A stretch of DNA of 64,000 nucleotides from NCBI GenBank assembly GCA_964599565.1, contig CAZRFE010000002.1, positions 9,646-73,645 of the forward strand, read 5' to 3'. Below, piece after piece: positions 29,460 through 39,322 of this stretch. The DNA is from an uncultured Gammaproteobacteria bacterium (lineage in GTDB: Bacteria > Pseudomonadota > Gammaproteobacteria > Natronospirales > JAJUFS01). Each line of letters starts with the position of its first letter. Position 1 is the first letter of the stretch. Position numbers and translations under genes: made by a program. Below the pieces are notes generated by a model, which searched no databases, was not told the DNA's origin, and saw nothing but the letters and a program-made list of their open reading frames with translations.

Positions 29460-29959
29460 CCGCCATTCCTTCGCAGCACATCGATGGAACGCAGCAGCAA
29501 CGCGATGCCCTGCAGCGCGATCAGCACCGCGGTCACGGGAATCACGGTTTTAAGGAGATAGACCCACGGCAGCCCGCCAGGCTCGCGCGACGCTTCCAGC
29601 ACACGCCATGATGCGGCGACGTAATCGAGGCTCGTGACGAACAGCAGCGTCGCGAACGGCAGCAGCAGCAAGATCGTGCCGGCGATGTTCACGCACGCGC
29701 GCCGGCGCGGGCCCCAGCGATGGTAGAAGACATCGACGCGCACGTGCGCTTCATGCTTGAGCGCGCAGGCCGCACCGAGCATGAACACGAACGCGTGGAA
29801 GTACGTGACGGACTCCTGCATCGCGATGGATCCGGCGCCGAACGCATAGCGCATCACGACGATCGCGAACGTGACCAGCACCATGGCGAGCGTGCACCAC
29901 GCAATGCCGCGTCCGATCCATTCGTTCAATGCATCGATGAGATCCGCGGCGCGCATCAC
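29456..29959 (-). CDS. TRAP transporter small permease (DctQ)
   Basis: 167 aa with 4 TM segments, immediately upstream of and overlapping dctM. Confidence 0.8.
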   Translation of the reverse strand: MMRAADLIDALNEWIGRGIAWCTLAMVLVTFAIVVMRYAFGAGSIAMQESVTYFHAFVFMLGAACALKHEAHVRVDVFYHRWGPRRRACVNIAGTILLLLPFATLLFVTSLDYVAASWRVLEASREPGGLPWVYLLKTVIPVTAVLIALQGIALLLRSIDVLRRNGG

Positions 29960-30687
29960 AGCTCGAGCATCAGTTCGCGTTCTTCGCGCGACGGTTCGAA
30001 CCCGCGGCCGCCGTAGTGATCGAAGATCGCCTGCACGACCTCGTCGGGCGTTTCCGCCATCGTGAGCAGGCCGAGATCCGCAGGATCGATCATGCCTTCG
30101 CCGGCGAGCGATTCGCGGAACCAGTCGAGCATTCCCTTCCAGAACGTCGCCTTCACGAGAACGACGGGAATGCGCCGGCTCTTGCCGGTCTGGATGAGCG
30201 TGAGAATCTCCGCGAGTTCATCGAGCGTGCCGAAGCCGCCGGGCATCACGATGTACGCCGAGGCGTACTTCACGAACATGACCTTGCGCGAGAAGAAATG
30301 GCGGAAGTAGAGCGCGATGTCCTGGTAGGCGTTTGCCGCCTGCTCGTGCGGAAGCTGGATGTTGAGCCCGACCGACGGCGATTTTCCCTGCGACGCGCCC
30401 TTGTTCGCCGCTTCCATCAATCCCGGTCCGCCGCCGGTGATGACGGAAAAGCCCGCGTCCGACAATGCGCGCGCGATCGCGACCGTGAGCTCGTAGTCCG
30501 GATGCTCGGGCTTCGTGCGCGCAGAACCGAACACGCTCACCGACGGCCGGATGGTGACGAGCTGCTCATAGCCTTCCACGAACTCGGCCATGATCTGGAA
30601 GATCTTCCACGACTCGCGCGTCAGGCTTTTCTCGTGCTCCGCCGTGCGGTGCAGGCGTTCGTGAAACTTCTCGTCGCGTTGATTCAT
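29956..30687 (-). CDS. LOG-family (TIGR00730) nucleotide phosphoribohydrolase-like protein
   Basis: VSVFGSAR…VITGGGPGLMEAANKGA…YIVMPGGFGTLDELAEILTLIQTGK carries the PGGxGTxxE signature. The stop overlaps the dctQ start. Confidence 0.85.
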   Translation of the reverse strand: MNQRDEKFHERLHRTAEHEKSLTRESWKIFQIMAEFVEGYEQLVTIRPSVSVFGSARTKPEHPDYELTVAIARALSDAGFSVITGGGPGLMEAANKGASQGKSPSVGLNIQLPHEQAANAYQDIALYFRHFFSRKVMFVKYASAYIVMPGGFGTLDELAEILTLIQTGKSRRIPVVLVKATFWKGMLDWFRESLAGEGMIDPADLGLLTMAETPDEVVQAIFDHYGGRGFEPSREERELMLEL

Positions 30688-30765
30688 CTGTCCGTGTCTC
30701 CTAGCGTCATGCGATGACGCTGCCAGTTTTCGCGGCGCCTGTCCCGTGCGCAGGACAGTCCGCGC

Positions 30766-32217
30766 CTACTTTTTCCAGAATGCCGGGGTGAACAATATCA
30801 GCAACGTGAATATCTCGAGACGTCCGAGCAGCATCGCGAGCATCAGCACCCACTTCGATGCATCCGGAATGCCGGCGTAGTTCGTTGCGACGTCGCCAAG
30901 ACCGGGACCGAGATTGTTCAGGCAGGCGGCGACCGCGGAGAATGCGGTGACATGGTCGAGCCCGAGCGCCATGCAGACGATCATCAGCAGCGCGAAGACG
31001 ACAACGTACATCGAGAAGAAACCCCACACCGCGGAAACGATTCTCTCCGGGACCGCGCGGTCGCCCATCTTCGCGGCGAACTGCGCGTGCGGATGCACGA
31101 GGCGGCGCATTTCGCGCACGCCCTGTTTTGCGAGCAGCAGCCAGCGGATGACCTTCATGCCGCCGCCGGTCGAATACGCGCAGGCGCCGATGAAGCTGGA
31201 AAGGATCAGCAGCACGGGCAGCATCGCAGGCCAGCCCGCGAAATTGTCCGCCGCGAAACCGCTGGTCGTCATGATCGAAACGACATGGAACATGCCATGG
31301 CGAATCGACAGGCCCGTGTCATCGTGATGGCTGCTGACGGACAGCCATGCCGCAACGAACACCATCAGCCAGAACAGAAGCAGGATGTACGCCCTGAATT
31401 CCGGGTCACGCCAGTAATGCTTCAGGCTGCCGCGCTGGAATGCCTGGAAATGCAGTGCGAAGTTCACGCCGCCGAGAACCATGAAGACCATCGCCACGTA
31501 TTCGACGGCGGTGTTTGCGAAGTACCCGATGTTGAGATCGTGCGTGGACAGCCCGCCGAGGGAAACCGTGGAGAACGCATGGCTCACCGCGTCGAACCCG
31601 TTCATGCCGGCGATGCGGTACGCGATCGCGCACACGACGGTGAACAGCACATAGATGAACCACAGCGTCTTGGCCGTCTCGGTGATGCGCGGCGTGAGCT
31701 TGGTGTCCTTGGTCGGACCCGGCGTTTCCGCGCGATACAGCTGCATGCCGCCCACACCGAGCAGCGGCAGGATGGCGACGGCAAGCACGATGATGCCCAT
31801 TCCTCCCAGCCACTGCAGCCACTGGCGATAGAACAGGATCGATTCCGGCAGCACGTCGAGACCGACGATGAGTTCCGACCCTGTCGTCGTCAACGCGGCG
31901 ATGGACACGAAGACGGCATCCGTCACCGAGAGCGCGAGACTGCCGCTGAACAGCAGCGGCACCGCGCCCGCGGTGCCCAGCACCGACCAGAACAGCGCGA
32001 CGATCAGCGCGCCATCGCGGCGGCGCAGGTCGCGGTGCACGCCGCGCACGGGCAGCCACACCAGCGCACCGATGATGAACACGACGAGAAAGCCTTTCAG
32101 GAACGTGTCGTATTCGCCGTCGCCGTACAGCATCGCAACGCCGGCGGGCGGCAGCATCGCGATGCTGAAGATCATCAGCAGCATGCCCAGCACGCGTTGC
32201 ACGGCGGCGACGTTCAT
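30766..32217 (-). CDS. trkH: Trk-type potassium uptake protein TrkH, paralogue 2
   Basis: 483 aa. All four P-loop filter segments are present (ALTTTGSEL, TVSLGGLST, IMTTSGFAA, CLNNLGPGLG). Confidence 0.9.
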   Translation of the reverse strand: MNVAAVQRVLGMLLMIFSIAMLPPAGVAMLYGDGEYDTFLKGFLVVFIIGALVWLPVRGVHRDLRRRDGALIVALFWSVLGTAGAVPLLFSGSLALSVTDAVFVSIAALTTTGSELIVGLDVLPESILFYRQWLQWLGGMGIIVLAVAILPLLGVGGMQLYRAETPGPTKDTKLTPRITETAKTLWFIYVLFTVVCAIAYRIAGMNGFDAVSHAFSTVSLGGLSTHDLNIGYFANTAVEYVAMVFMVLGGVNFALHFQAFQRGSLKHYWRDPEFRAYILLLFWLMVFVAAWLSVSSHHDDTGLSIRHGMFHVVSIMTTSGFAADNFAGWPAMLPVLLILSSFIGACAYSTGGGMKVIRWLLLAKQGVREMRRLVHPHAQFAAKMGDRAVPERIVSAVWGFFSMYVVVFALLMIVCMALGLDHVTAFSAVAACLNNLGPGLGDVATNYAGIPDASKWVLMLAMLLGRLEIFTLLILFTPAFWKK

Positions 32218-32221
32218 CCGT

Positions 32222-33673
32222 TCATTGCCTCCAGAATTCCGGAATGAACAGCACGAGCACCGTCAGCACTTCCAGGCGGCCGACAAGCATCGCGACGATG
32301 CCGATCCATTTGCCGAAGCCGGATACCGAGGTGAAGGTTGCATACAGTTCGCCGAGTCCCGGGCCGAGATTGTTCAGCGTTGCCGCGACCGCGGAGAACG
32401 CCGCCACCTGGCCGAGCCCAGCCGCCATGAACAGCAGCATCAGCAGCACGTAGATGATGGTGTACGCGGCGAAGAATCCCCAGATGGCTTCCATGACACG
32501 ATCGGAAACCACACGTCCGCCGAGCTTCACCGGCGCGACGGCGGCCGGATGCACGATGCGCAGGATCTCGCGCACGCCCTGCTTGTAGACCATCATGAAA
32601 CGCACCGTCTTCATGCCGCCCGACGTCGAGCCCGCACACGCGCCCATGATGCTGACGAACATCAGCAGCACCGGCAGGAACCCCGGCCAGTCCGCGAAGC
32701 TTTCCGTCGCGAACCCTGTCGATGTCATCACCGAGACCGTCTGGAACGCCGCGTTCATCAGGCGGTCGACGACGGACGCCTGCGGGTTGTGCAGCAGCAG
32801 GTAGGCGGCCGCGATCAGCGAAACGGCAAGCAGGATGAGAAGGAACGTGCGCGTCTCCGCGTGCCGGAAATACGCACGCACATCCAGCGACTGCAGCACG
32901 AGGAAATGCAGCGCAAAGCTGATGCCGCCGGCGATCATGAACACCATGCAGATGATTTCGATCGCATCGCTCTGGAAATACGCAATGCTCGCATCGTGCG
33001 TGGAGAAGCCGCCGGTCGATACGGTGGCGAATGCATGGCCGATCGCATCGAACAGCGACATCCCCGCGATCCAGTAGCCGAACGCGCACAGGAACGTGAG
33101 CAGCAGGTAGACGCGCAGGAACGCGCGCACCGTTTCGGCAAGACGCGGCGTGAGCTTGTCCTGCCTCGACGGACCGGACGTTTCGGCGCGATAAAGCTGC
33201 ATGCCGCCGACGCCAAGCACGGGAAGTACGGCGAGCGCGATGACAGCGACGCCGAGACCGCCGATCCAGTGCAGCTGCTGCCGGTACCAGAGGATCGCGT
33301 GCGGCAGTGCGTCGATGCCGGTGATGACGGTCGCGCCGGTGGTCGTCAGCCCCGACACCGCCTCGAACACCGCATCCGTGAACGGCAGGTTCGGCGCGGC
33401 GGCGAAATGCAGCGGCAGCGACGAGACGGCGCCGAGCACGACCCAGAACAGCGTGACGACAAGAAAGCCTTCGCGCACGCGCAGCTCGCGCCGGTCACGG
33501 CGGCGCGGCAGCCACAGCAGGATGCCGGCGGCAAGCGTGCCTGCGAATGTCCAGAGGAAAGGTTCCAGCGCGCCGTCGCCGTAGATGAGCGCGACCACCG
33601 CCGGCGGCAGCATCGTGGGGCTGAACGCCATGAGAAAGATGCCGACGATGCGCTGGATCAGGCCGAGCCTCAT
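32222..33673 (-). CDS. trkH: Trk-type potassium uptake protein TrkH, paralogue 1
   Basis: 483 aa. The P-loops are GLTTTGATV, TVSTGGFST, VMTSTGFAT and TLNNLGPGLG. Only a 4-nt gap separates it from paralogue 2. Confidence 0.9.
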   Translation of the reverse strand: MRLGLIQRIVGIFLMAFSPTMLPPAVVALIYGDGALEPFLWTFAGTLAAGILLWLPRRRDRRELRVREGFLVVTLFWVVLGAVSSLPLHFAAAPNLPFTDAVFEAVSGLTTTGATVITGIDALPHAILWYRQQLHWIGGLGVAVIALAVLPVLGVGGMQLYRAETSGPSRQDKLTPRLAETVRAFLRVYLLLTFLCAFGYWIAGMSLFDAIGHAFATVSTGGFSTHDASIAYFQSDAIEIICMVFMIAGGISFALHFLVLQSLDVRAYFRHAETRTFLLILLAVSLIAAAYLLLHNPQASVVDRLMNAAFQTVSVMTSTGFATESFADWPGFLPVLLMFVSIMGACAGSTSGGMKTVRFMMVYKQGVREILRIVHPAAVAPVKLGGRVVSDRVMEAIWGFFAAYTIIYVLLMLLFMAAGLGQVAAFSAVAATLNNLGPGLGELYATFTSVSGFGKWIGIVAMLVGRLEVLTVLVLFIPEFWRQ

Positions 33674-33689
33674 GCGAAACCTCGCGCCT

Positions 33690-35066
33690 TCAGTCCAGCG
33701 CCGCTTCCACCTGGAAGAGTTTCTCGACGTCGCGGATGCGCTCGCGGTTGACGAGGAAAAGTATGACGTGATCGTCGGCTTCGATGCGCGTGTCGTGGTG
33801 CGCCATCAGCACGTTGTCCCCGCGCACGACTGCGCCGATCGTGGTGCCTTCCGGCAGCGGGATTTCCTCGACCATCCGTCCGACGACGCGCGACGTCTCG
33901 CGCGTGCCGTGCGCGATCGCCTCGATCGCCTCCGCCGCGCCGCGGCGCAGCGAATGCACCATCACCACGTCGCCGCGGCGGATGTGCGTCAGCAGCGCGC
34001 CGATGGTGACCTGCTGCGGCGAGATCGCGATGTCAATGGCGCCGCTCTGCACGAGGTCGACGTACGACGGACGGTTGATCAGCGCCAGCACCTTGCGCGC
34101 ACCGAGCCGCTTCGCGAGCATCGAGGAGAGAATGTTCGCCTCCTCGTCGTTCGTCACCGCGCAGAAGACATCCGTCGCCTCGATGTTCTCCTCGACCAGC
34201 AGTTCCTCGTCGGCCGCATCGCCGGAGAGCACGATCGTCTTGTCGAGATCTTCCGAGATGTCGCGCGCGCGCTCGCGGCTGCGTTCGATCAGCTTCACCT
34301 GGTGCGTGGATTCCAGCGCGTTCGCGAGCCGCACGCCGATGTTGCCGCCACCGGCAATGATGATGCGCCGGATCGGCTTGTCGAGCTTGCGCAGTTCGTT
34401 GATGACGGAGCGGATGTCGGCGCGCGGCGCGATGAAGAACACTTCGTCGTCGGCCTCGATGACGGTGTCGCCCTTCGGCAGTATCGCCTGGCCGCGGCGA
34501 TACACGGCCGCGACGCGCGTATCGACATCGGGAATGTGGTTCTTCAGGTTGCGCAGTTCCTGGCCCACGAGCGCGCCGCCGTAATACGCCTGCACGGCGA
34601 CAAGGCGCACCTTGCCGCCCGCGAAGTCGAGCACCTGCAGCGCGCCGGGATACTGGATGAGACGGCGGATGTAATCGACGACGAGCTGCTCGGGCGAGAT
34701 CAGCATGTCGACCGGCAGTGCGTCCTGCGTGAACAGCTGCGGGGTGTTGAGGTATTCCGCGGCGCGCACGCGCGCGATCTTCGTCGGCGTGCGGTAGAGC
34801 GTGTAGCAGACCTGGCAGGCGATCATGTTGGTTTCATCGCTGTCCGTGACGGCGACGACCATGTCGGCTTCGTCCGCGCCGGCGTCGCGCAGGACATCGG
34901 GGTGCGAGGCGTGTCCGCAGACGGTGCGGATGTCGAGTCTCTCCTGCAGGTCCTGCAGGAGCTCGGTGTTGCGATCGACGACGGTGATGTCGTTCGCTTC
35001 TTCGCGGGCGAGGCTGTATGCGACGGTGGAGCCGACCTGCCCGGCGCCCAGGATCAGGATTCTCAT
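33690..35066 (-). CDS. trkA: Trk system NAD-binding subunit TrkA
   Basis: [16 protein letters not shown] and a second Rossmann motif [14 protein letters not shown] are present. It is 458 aa with two RCK units. Confidence 0.95.
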   Translation of the reverse strand: MRILILGAGQVGSTVAYSLAREEANDITVVDRNTELLQDLQERLDIRTVCGHASHPDVLRDAGADEADMVVAVTDSDETNMIACQVCYTLYRTPTKIARVRAAEYLNTPQLFTQDALPVDMLISPEQLVVDYIRRLIQYPGALQVLDFAGGKVRLVAVQAYYGGALVGQELRNLKNHIPDVDTRVAAVYRRGQAILPKGDTVIEADDEVFFIAPRADIRSVINELRKLDKPIRRIIIAGGGNIGVRLANALESTHQVKLIERSRERARDISEDLDKTIVLSGDAADEELLVEENIEATDVFCAVTNDEEANILSSMLAKRLGARKVLALINRPSYVDLVQSGAIDIAISPQQVTIGALLTHIRRGDVVMVHSLRRGAAEAIEAIAHGTRETSRVVGRMVEEIPLPEGTTIGAVVRGDNVLMAHHDTRIEADDHVILFLVNRERIRDVEKLFQVEAALD

Positions 35067-35261
35067 GGGGCGCGAACCTTACGGTGATGTCGCGTTGCCT
35101 GCAAGCATCGAATCACGCAGTCCGCCTTCTGCTTCCGGCCGTTCGTGAACGGCGCATGGTGACAGACACATTATATATGTGCATCCCGGTTTTGCCCGCT
35201 TGACGCGGGCACGGATCATCGGGACGAGTCGCCGGCGCGCGATGCTCCCGAACGCCGAGCA

Positions 35262-37448
35262 TCAGACAACTTCAAGGTTGGCGAATCCAAGCACCAGCCA
35301 CTTCGTCCCCGCATCATCGAAATTCACCTGCACGCGCGCCTGCGAACCCGCGCCTTCGTAGTTCAGCACCACCCCGTCGCCGAACTTCGGATGCCGCACG
35401 CGCGAACCGAGATTGAGTCCCTTCGGCGGCGCCTCCAGCGGCGCTGCGGCGCGGCTTGCCGTGCGGCCGGCAAAGGCAGGCCGGCTCACCTTCACCCGCG
35501 GGCGTATCTCGTAAAGAAGATCCTGCGGTATCTCGCGCAGGAAACGCGACGGCACGCCCATCTGCTCCACGCCCCACAGGCGGCGCTGCTCCGCGTACGT
35601 GAGATAGAGGTTCTTCATTGCGCGCGTCATGCCGACGTAGCACAGGCGGCGTTCTTCCTCGATGCCGAGCCCGTCTTCCAGCGAACGCTGGTGCGGAAAC
35701 AGTCCGTCTTCCATGCCGCACATGAACACCAGCGGAAACTCCAGCCCCTTCACCGAGTGCAGCGTCATCAGCTGCACGCAGTCCTCCCACTCCGCGGCCT
35801 GGCCTTCGCCGGCTTCGAGCGCGGCATGGCTCAGGAACGCCGCGAGCGGCGGCAACGCTTCATCGGCTTCGGCGACGTTCGCGGGATCGAAGCCGCGGCC
35901 CGCGCTCACCAGTTCCTCGAGGTTCTCGATGCGCGATTCCGAACGCTCGCCCTTCTCGCGGCTGTAGTGATCGATCAGCCCCGAACCCTGCACGACATGA
36001 TCGATCTGCTCGTGCAGGTCAAGGCCGCGCACCGCGACATCCATTTCATCGACAAGATCGAGGAACGACCTGAGCGCATTCGCCGCGCGCGCGGGCAGCA
36101 GGTTCTCCGCGATCACCGCCTGCGTCGCCGGCCACAGCGACAGCGCGCGCTCGCGCGCGATCGCGCGCACGAGATCCATGGTCTTCGCACCAACGCCGCG
36201 CGTCGGCAGGTTCACGACGCGCTCGAACGAGGCGTCGTCGTTGCGGTTTTCAAGCAGCCTGAGATACGCGAGCGCGTCCTTGATTTCCTGGCGCTCGAAG
36301 AACCGCAGGCCGCCGTAGACGCGGTACGGCACGCCCGCATGGATCAATGCTTCTTCGAAGATGCGCGACTGCGCGTTCGAGCGATACAGCACCGCGCACT
36401 CCGCGCGCGGCCGTCCTTCCTGCACCCACTGGCGGATGCGCTCGACGACGAACTGCGCTTCGTCCTGTTCGTTGTACGCCGCGTAAAGACGGATCGGGTC
36501 GCCTTCCTCGTCGCTGGTCCACAGGTTCTTGCCCATGCGGTCGCGGTTGTTCGCGATCACCGCGTTCGCGGCCTTGAGAATGTTTCCTGTCGAGCGGTAG
36601 TTCTGCTCGAGACGCACGACCTGCGTGCCGGGATGATCCTGCTGGAAGCGATGGATGTTCTCGACGCGCGCGCCGCGCCAGCCGTAGATGGACTGATCGT
36701 CATCGCCGACGACGAAGGGTTTTCCTGTCTCGCCGACGAGCAGCTTCACCCATGCGTACTGGATGGTGTTCGTGTCCTGGAACTCGTCGACAAGCACGTG
36801 CCGGAACCGGCCGTGGTAATGCGCGAGCAGCTCCGGGTTGTCGCGCCACAGTTCGAGTGCGCGCAGCAGCAGTTCCGCGAAATCCACGAGGCCTGCGCGG
36901 TCGCACGCTTCCTGGTATGCGGCATAAAGCTGCACCATCTGGTTGTGCACCGGATCGTGTCCGCCGGCGATGTGTCCCGGCCGCAGGCCTTCATCCTTCT
37001 TCGCGTTGATGAACCACTGCACCTGCTTCGGCGGCCAGCGCGATTCGTCGAGGTCCAGCGACTTGACGATGCGCCTTACCTGCCGCAGCTGGTCTTCCGA
37101 ATCGAGAATGCTGAAACCCTGCGGCAGGCCCGCCTCGCGCCAGTGCATGCGGAGCAGCCGGTGGGCGATGGAATGGAACGTGCCGATCCACATCGCGCCG
37201 GCCGGCGTGCCGATGAGCTGCTCGATGCGATGGCGCATCTCGGCGGCAGCCTTGTTCGTGAAGGTGACGGCGAGAATGGAGAACGGCGAAACGTTCTCCA
37301 CGTTCACAAGCCAGGCGATGCGATGTGTCAGTACGCGCGTCTTGCCGGAACCCGCACCCGCCAGCACGAGCACGGAGGGTGAATTCGCGGTAACGGCTTC
37401 GCGCTGCGCGTCGTTGAGCGGTTCGAGGATTGCAGTGACGTCTTCCAT
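35262..37448 (-). CDS. uvrD: DNA helicase II UvrD
   Basis: LNDAQREAV…VLAGAGSGKTRVL…, VDEFQDTN, YRSN, VTLMTLHSVKGLEF and LCYVGMTRA are present. It is 728 aa. Confidence 0.95.
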   Translation of the reverse strand: MEDVTAILEPLNDAQREAVTANSPSVLVLAGAGSGKTRVLTHRIAWLVNVENVSPFSILAVTFTNKAAAEMRHRIEQLIGTPAGAMWIGTFHSIAHRLLRMHWREAGLPQGFSILDSEDQLRQVRRIVKSLDLDESRWPPKQVQWFINAKKDEGLRPGHIAGGHDPVHNQMVQLYAAYQEACDRAGLVDFAELLLRALELWRDNPELLAHYHGRFRHVLVDEFQDTNTIQYAWVKLLVGETGKPFVVGDDDQSIYGWRGARVENIHRFQQDHPGTQVVRLEQNYRSTGNILKAANAVIANNRDRMGKNLWTSDEEGDPIRLYAAYNEQDEAQFVVERIRQWVQEGRPRAECAVLYRSNAQSRIFEEALIHAGVPYRVYGGLRFFERQEIKDALAYLRLLENRNDDASFERVVNLPTRGVGAKTMDLVRAIARERALSLWPATQAVIAENLLPARAANALRSFLDLVDEMDVAVRGLDLHEQIDHVVQGSGLIDHYSREKGERSESRIENLEELVSAGRGFDPANVAEADEALPPLAAFLSHAALEAGEGQAAEWEDCVQLMTLHSVKGLEFPLVFMCGMEDGLFPHQRSLEDGLGIEEERRLCYVGMTRAMKNLYLTYAEQRRLWGVEQMGVPSRFLREIPQDLLYEIRPRVKVSRPAFAGRTASRAAAPLEAPPKGLNLGSRVRHPKFGDGVVLNYEGAGSQARVQVNFDDAGTKWLVLGFANLEVV

Positions 37449-37637
37449 CGCGGCAGTTTAACAGAGTGCCGTTGCGGCCCTTGCGCGGCTAGAATGCTGC
37501 ACGCGGACAAATCGCCGGAAAATCATGCCGAAGCACCGCGCCGGACGTCGCGAGCATTGCGGGCATCGGGGAATGTTCCGCGCGAAGCGCGCACTCCTGT
37601 TACTTTGCGACATCCTTCACCCGGAGCCTTGCACCCG

Positions 37638-38165
37638 ATGGATCTGAACACGCTTGCCAATCTCGCTGAAATCTTCGGCGCGCTGACCATCGTCGGCGGT
37701 GCGGTGTTCGCCATCCTCCAGATGCAGCAGGCGCGCCGGCAGCGTCGCGACGCCGCGGCGATCGCGTTCATCGATTCGGTGCAGGACGGCGAGTTTGCAC
37801 GCGCCTACCTGCGCGTGCTGCAGCTGCCGGATGAAATTTCCGTCGCGGAGCTGCGCGAGCGCGACACGAAGTTCGAGGAAGCAGCGATCTTTCTTGCGAC
37901 GAACTTCGAGACCGTGGGCCTGATGGTCTACCGCGATCTCGTCGAGTTCGAGATCGTGCGCGACCTGATCGGCGATGCCGTAGTCGCGATCTGGCGCAAG
38001 CTCAAGCGCTGGACGCTGGAGCAGCGCGGCCTGCAGGCGCGCGAGACGGTGTTCGACTGGTTCGAATGGCTCGCGCGGCAGCTCGAGGACGACCACGCGC
38101 AGGAAAGCCACCGCGCGGTTTTCGTCCTGCGTCGCAAGTGGCGCCCGCGCCGCTCGATCTTCTGA
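37638..38165 (+). CDS. Hypothetical N-terminally anchored protein (DUF4760-like by recollection)
   Basis: The ATG at 37638 gives MDLNTLANLAEIFGALTIVGGAVFAILQMQQARRQRR, a TM segment followed by a helical domain. The family assignment is uncertain. Confidence 0.55.
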   Translation: MDLNTLANLAEIFGALTIVGGAVFAILQMQQARRQRRDAAAIAFIDSVQDGEFARAYLRVLQLPDEISVAELRERDTKFEEAAIFLATNFETVGLMVYRDLVEFEIVRDLIGDAVVAIWRKLKRWTLEQRGLQARETVFDWFEWLARQLEDDHAQESHRAVFVLRRKWRPRRSIF

Positions 38166-38166
38166 C

Positions 38167-38796
38167 ATGAATCCCCTCTACACGCGCACCGCGCTTTTCG
38201 CCTGGCTGACGGTGTTCGTCGCGGTTTTCGCATGGTCTGCCATCGCGCCCGCCGACCGCGCGACATGGTGGCTTGAGGTCGTGCCCGCGCTTGCCGGATT
38301 TGCGCTGCTCGCCGCCGTGTACCCGCGCTTTCGCTTCACGCCGCTCGTCGCCTGGCTGATCCTCGCGCACGCCTTGATCCTCATCGTCGGCGGTCATTAC
38401 ACCTACGCGGATGTGCCCGCGGGCTTCTGGATGGCGGACACATTCGGCTGGGAGCGGAACAACTACGACAAGCTCGGGCATTTCGCGCAGGGTTTCGTTC
38501 CCGCGCTGATTGCGCGCGAACTCCTGCTTCGTCTTCACGTCATTGCGCGGCGGCGCTGGCTGGCCTTCATCGTGATCTCGGTCTGCCTTGCGATCAGCGC
38601 GTTCTATGAACTCGTCGAATGGTGGGTGGCGCTCCTGTCCGCGCAGGCCGCCGATGCCTTCCTCGGCACGCAAGGTTATGTATGGGACACGCAATCGGAC
38701 ATGGCCTGGGCGCTCGCGGGCGCACTGCTCGCGCTCTGTCTGCTTGCCGGCGTCCACGACCGCCAGCTCGCCGCGCTTGCGGAGAAATCACGCTAA
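38167..38796 (+). CDS. DUF2238 (YjdF-like) membrane protein
   Basis: YDKLGHFAQGFVPALIARELLLR…FYELVEWWVALL…QGYVWDTQSDM is typical of YjdF/DUF2238. Confidence 0.75.
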   Translation: MNPLYTRTALFAWLTVFVAVFAWSAIAPADRATWWLEVVPALAGFALLAAVYPRFRFTPLVAWLILAHALILIVGGHYTYADVPAGFWMADTFGWERNNYDKLGHFAQGFVPALIARELLLRLHVIARRRWLAFIVISVCLAISAFYELVEWWVALLSAQAADAFLGTQGYVWDTQSDMAWALAGALLALCLLAGVHDRQLAALAEKSR

Positions 38797-38821
38797 CTTC
38801 CTGCCTTTCATCCAAATTTCA

Positions 38822-38849
38822 CTTGCATTCGGGGCAAAACTGCTATGCT
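38822..38849 (+). promoter_or_regulatory. Candidate sigma70 promoter for the RRM protein gene
   Basis: CTTGCA is followed by 16 nt and then TATGCT, about 110 nt upstream of the start codon. This is a sequence match only. Confidence 0.3.
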
Positions 38850-38956
38850 TTCGGGGCGCCGACAAGCGACGCCGACGATCTTGATGTTCCGTGCCATTGA
38901 GTTGAGATTGCCGACCTGATGCGTAATGGCACGTGTCTCGATTGGATGGTTTGAAC

Positions 38957-39232
38957 ATGAATATCTATGTGGGCAATCTGCCGTACCGCATGACCGATGA
39001 TGAACTTCGCGACCTGTTCGCGCCGTTCGGCGAAGTGACCTCCGCCAAGATCATCATGGACAAGATGACGGACCGCTCCAAGGGCTTCGGCTTCGTGGAA
39101 ATGTCCGACAAGGCGGCCGCCGAGAAGGCGATCCGCGAAGTGAATGGCAAGGACATCGGCGGACGCCCGCTGCGCGTGAATGAAGCGCAGCCGCGCGAGA
39201 ATTCGCCGCGTCCGCGCTTCCGCAACGCCTGA
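38957..39232 (+). CDS. RRM-type RNA-binding protein
   Basis: RNP2 is NIYVGNL and RNP1 is KGFGFVEM. It is 91 aa with an Arg-rich tail. Confidence 0.85.
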   Translation: MNIYVGNLPYRMTDDELRDLFAPFGEVTSAKIIMDKMTDRSKGFGFVEMSDKAAAEKAIREVNGKDIGGRPLRVNEAQPRENSPRPRFRNA

Positions 39233-39322
39233 TCCGCGCAAGCCGGATCCGCTGTACCCGGACGGCGCCTTCGATGGCGCCGTTCCTTTTCACCGCACCG
39301 ATGTTTCCTGCACGGCACCTGC

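Noticed and set aside
37449-37520. A LexA/SOS box upstream of uvrD.
   Set aside because: No CTGT-N8-ACAG or TTAG-type palindrome is visible in the upstream region. I cannot support a site from sequence alone.
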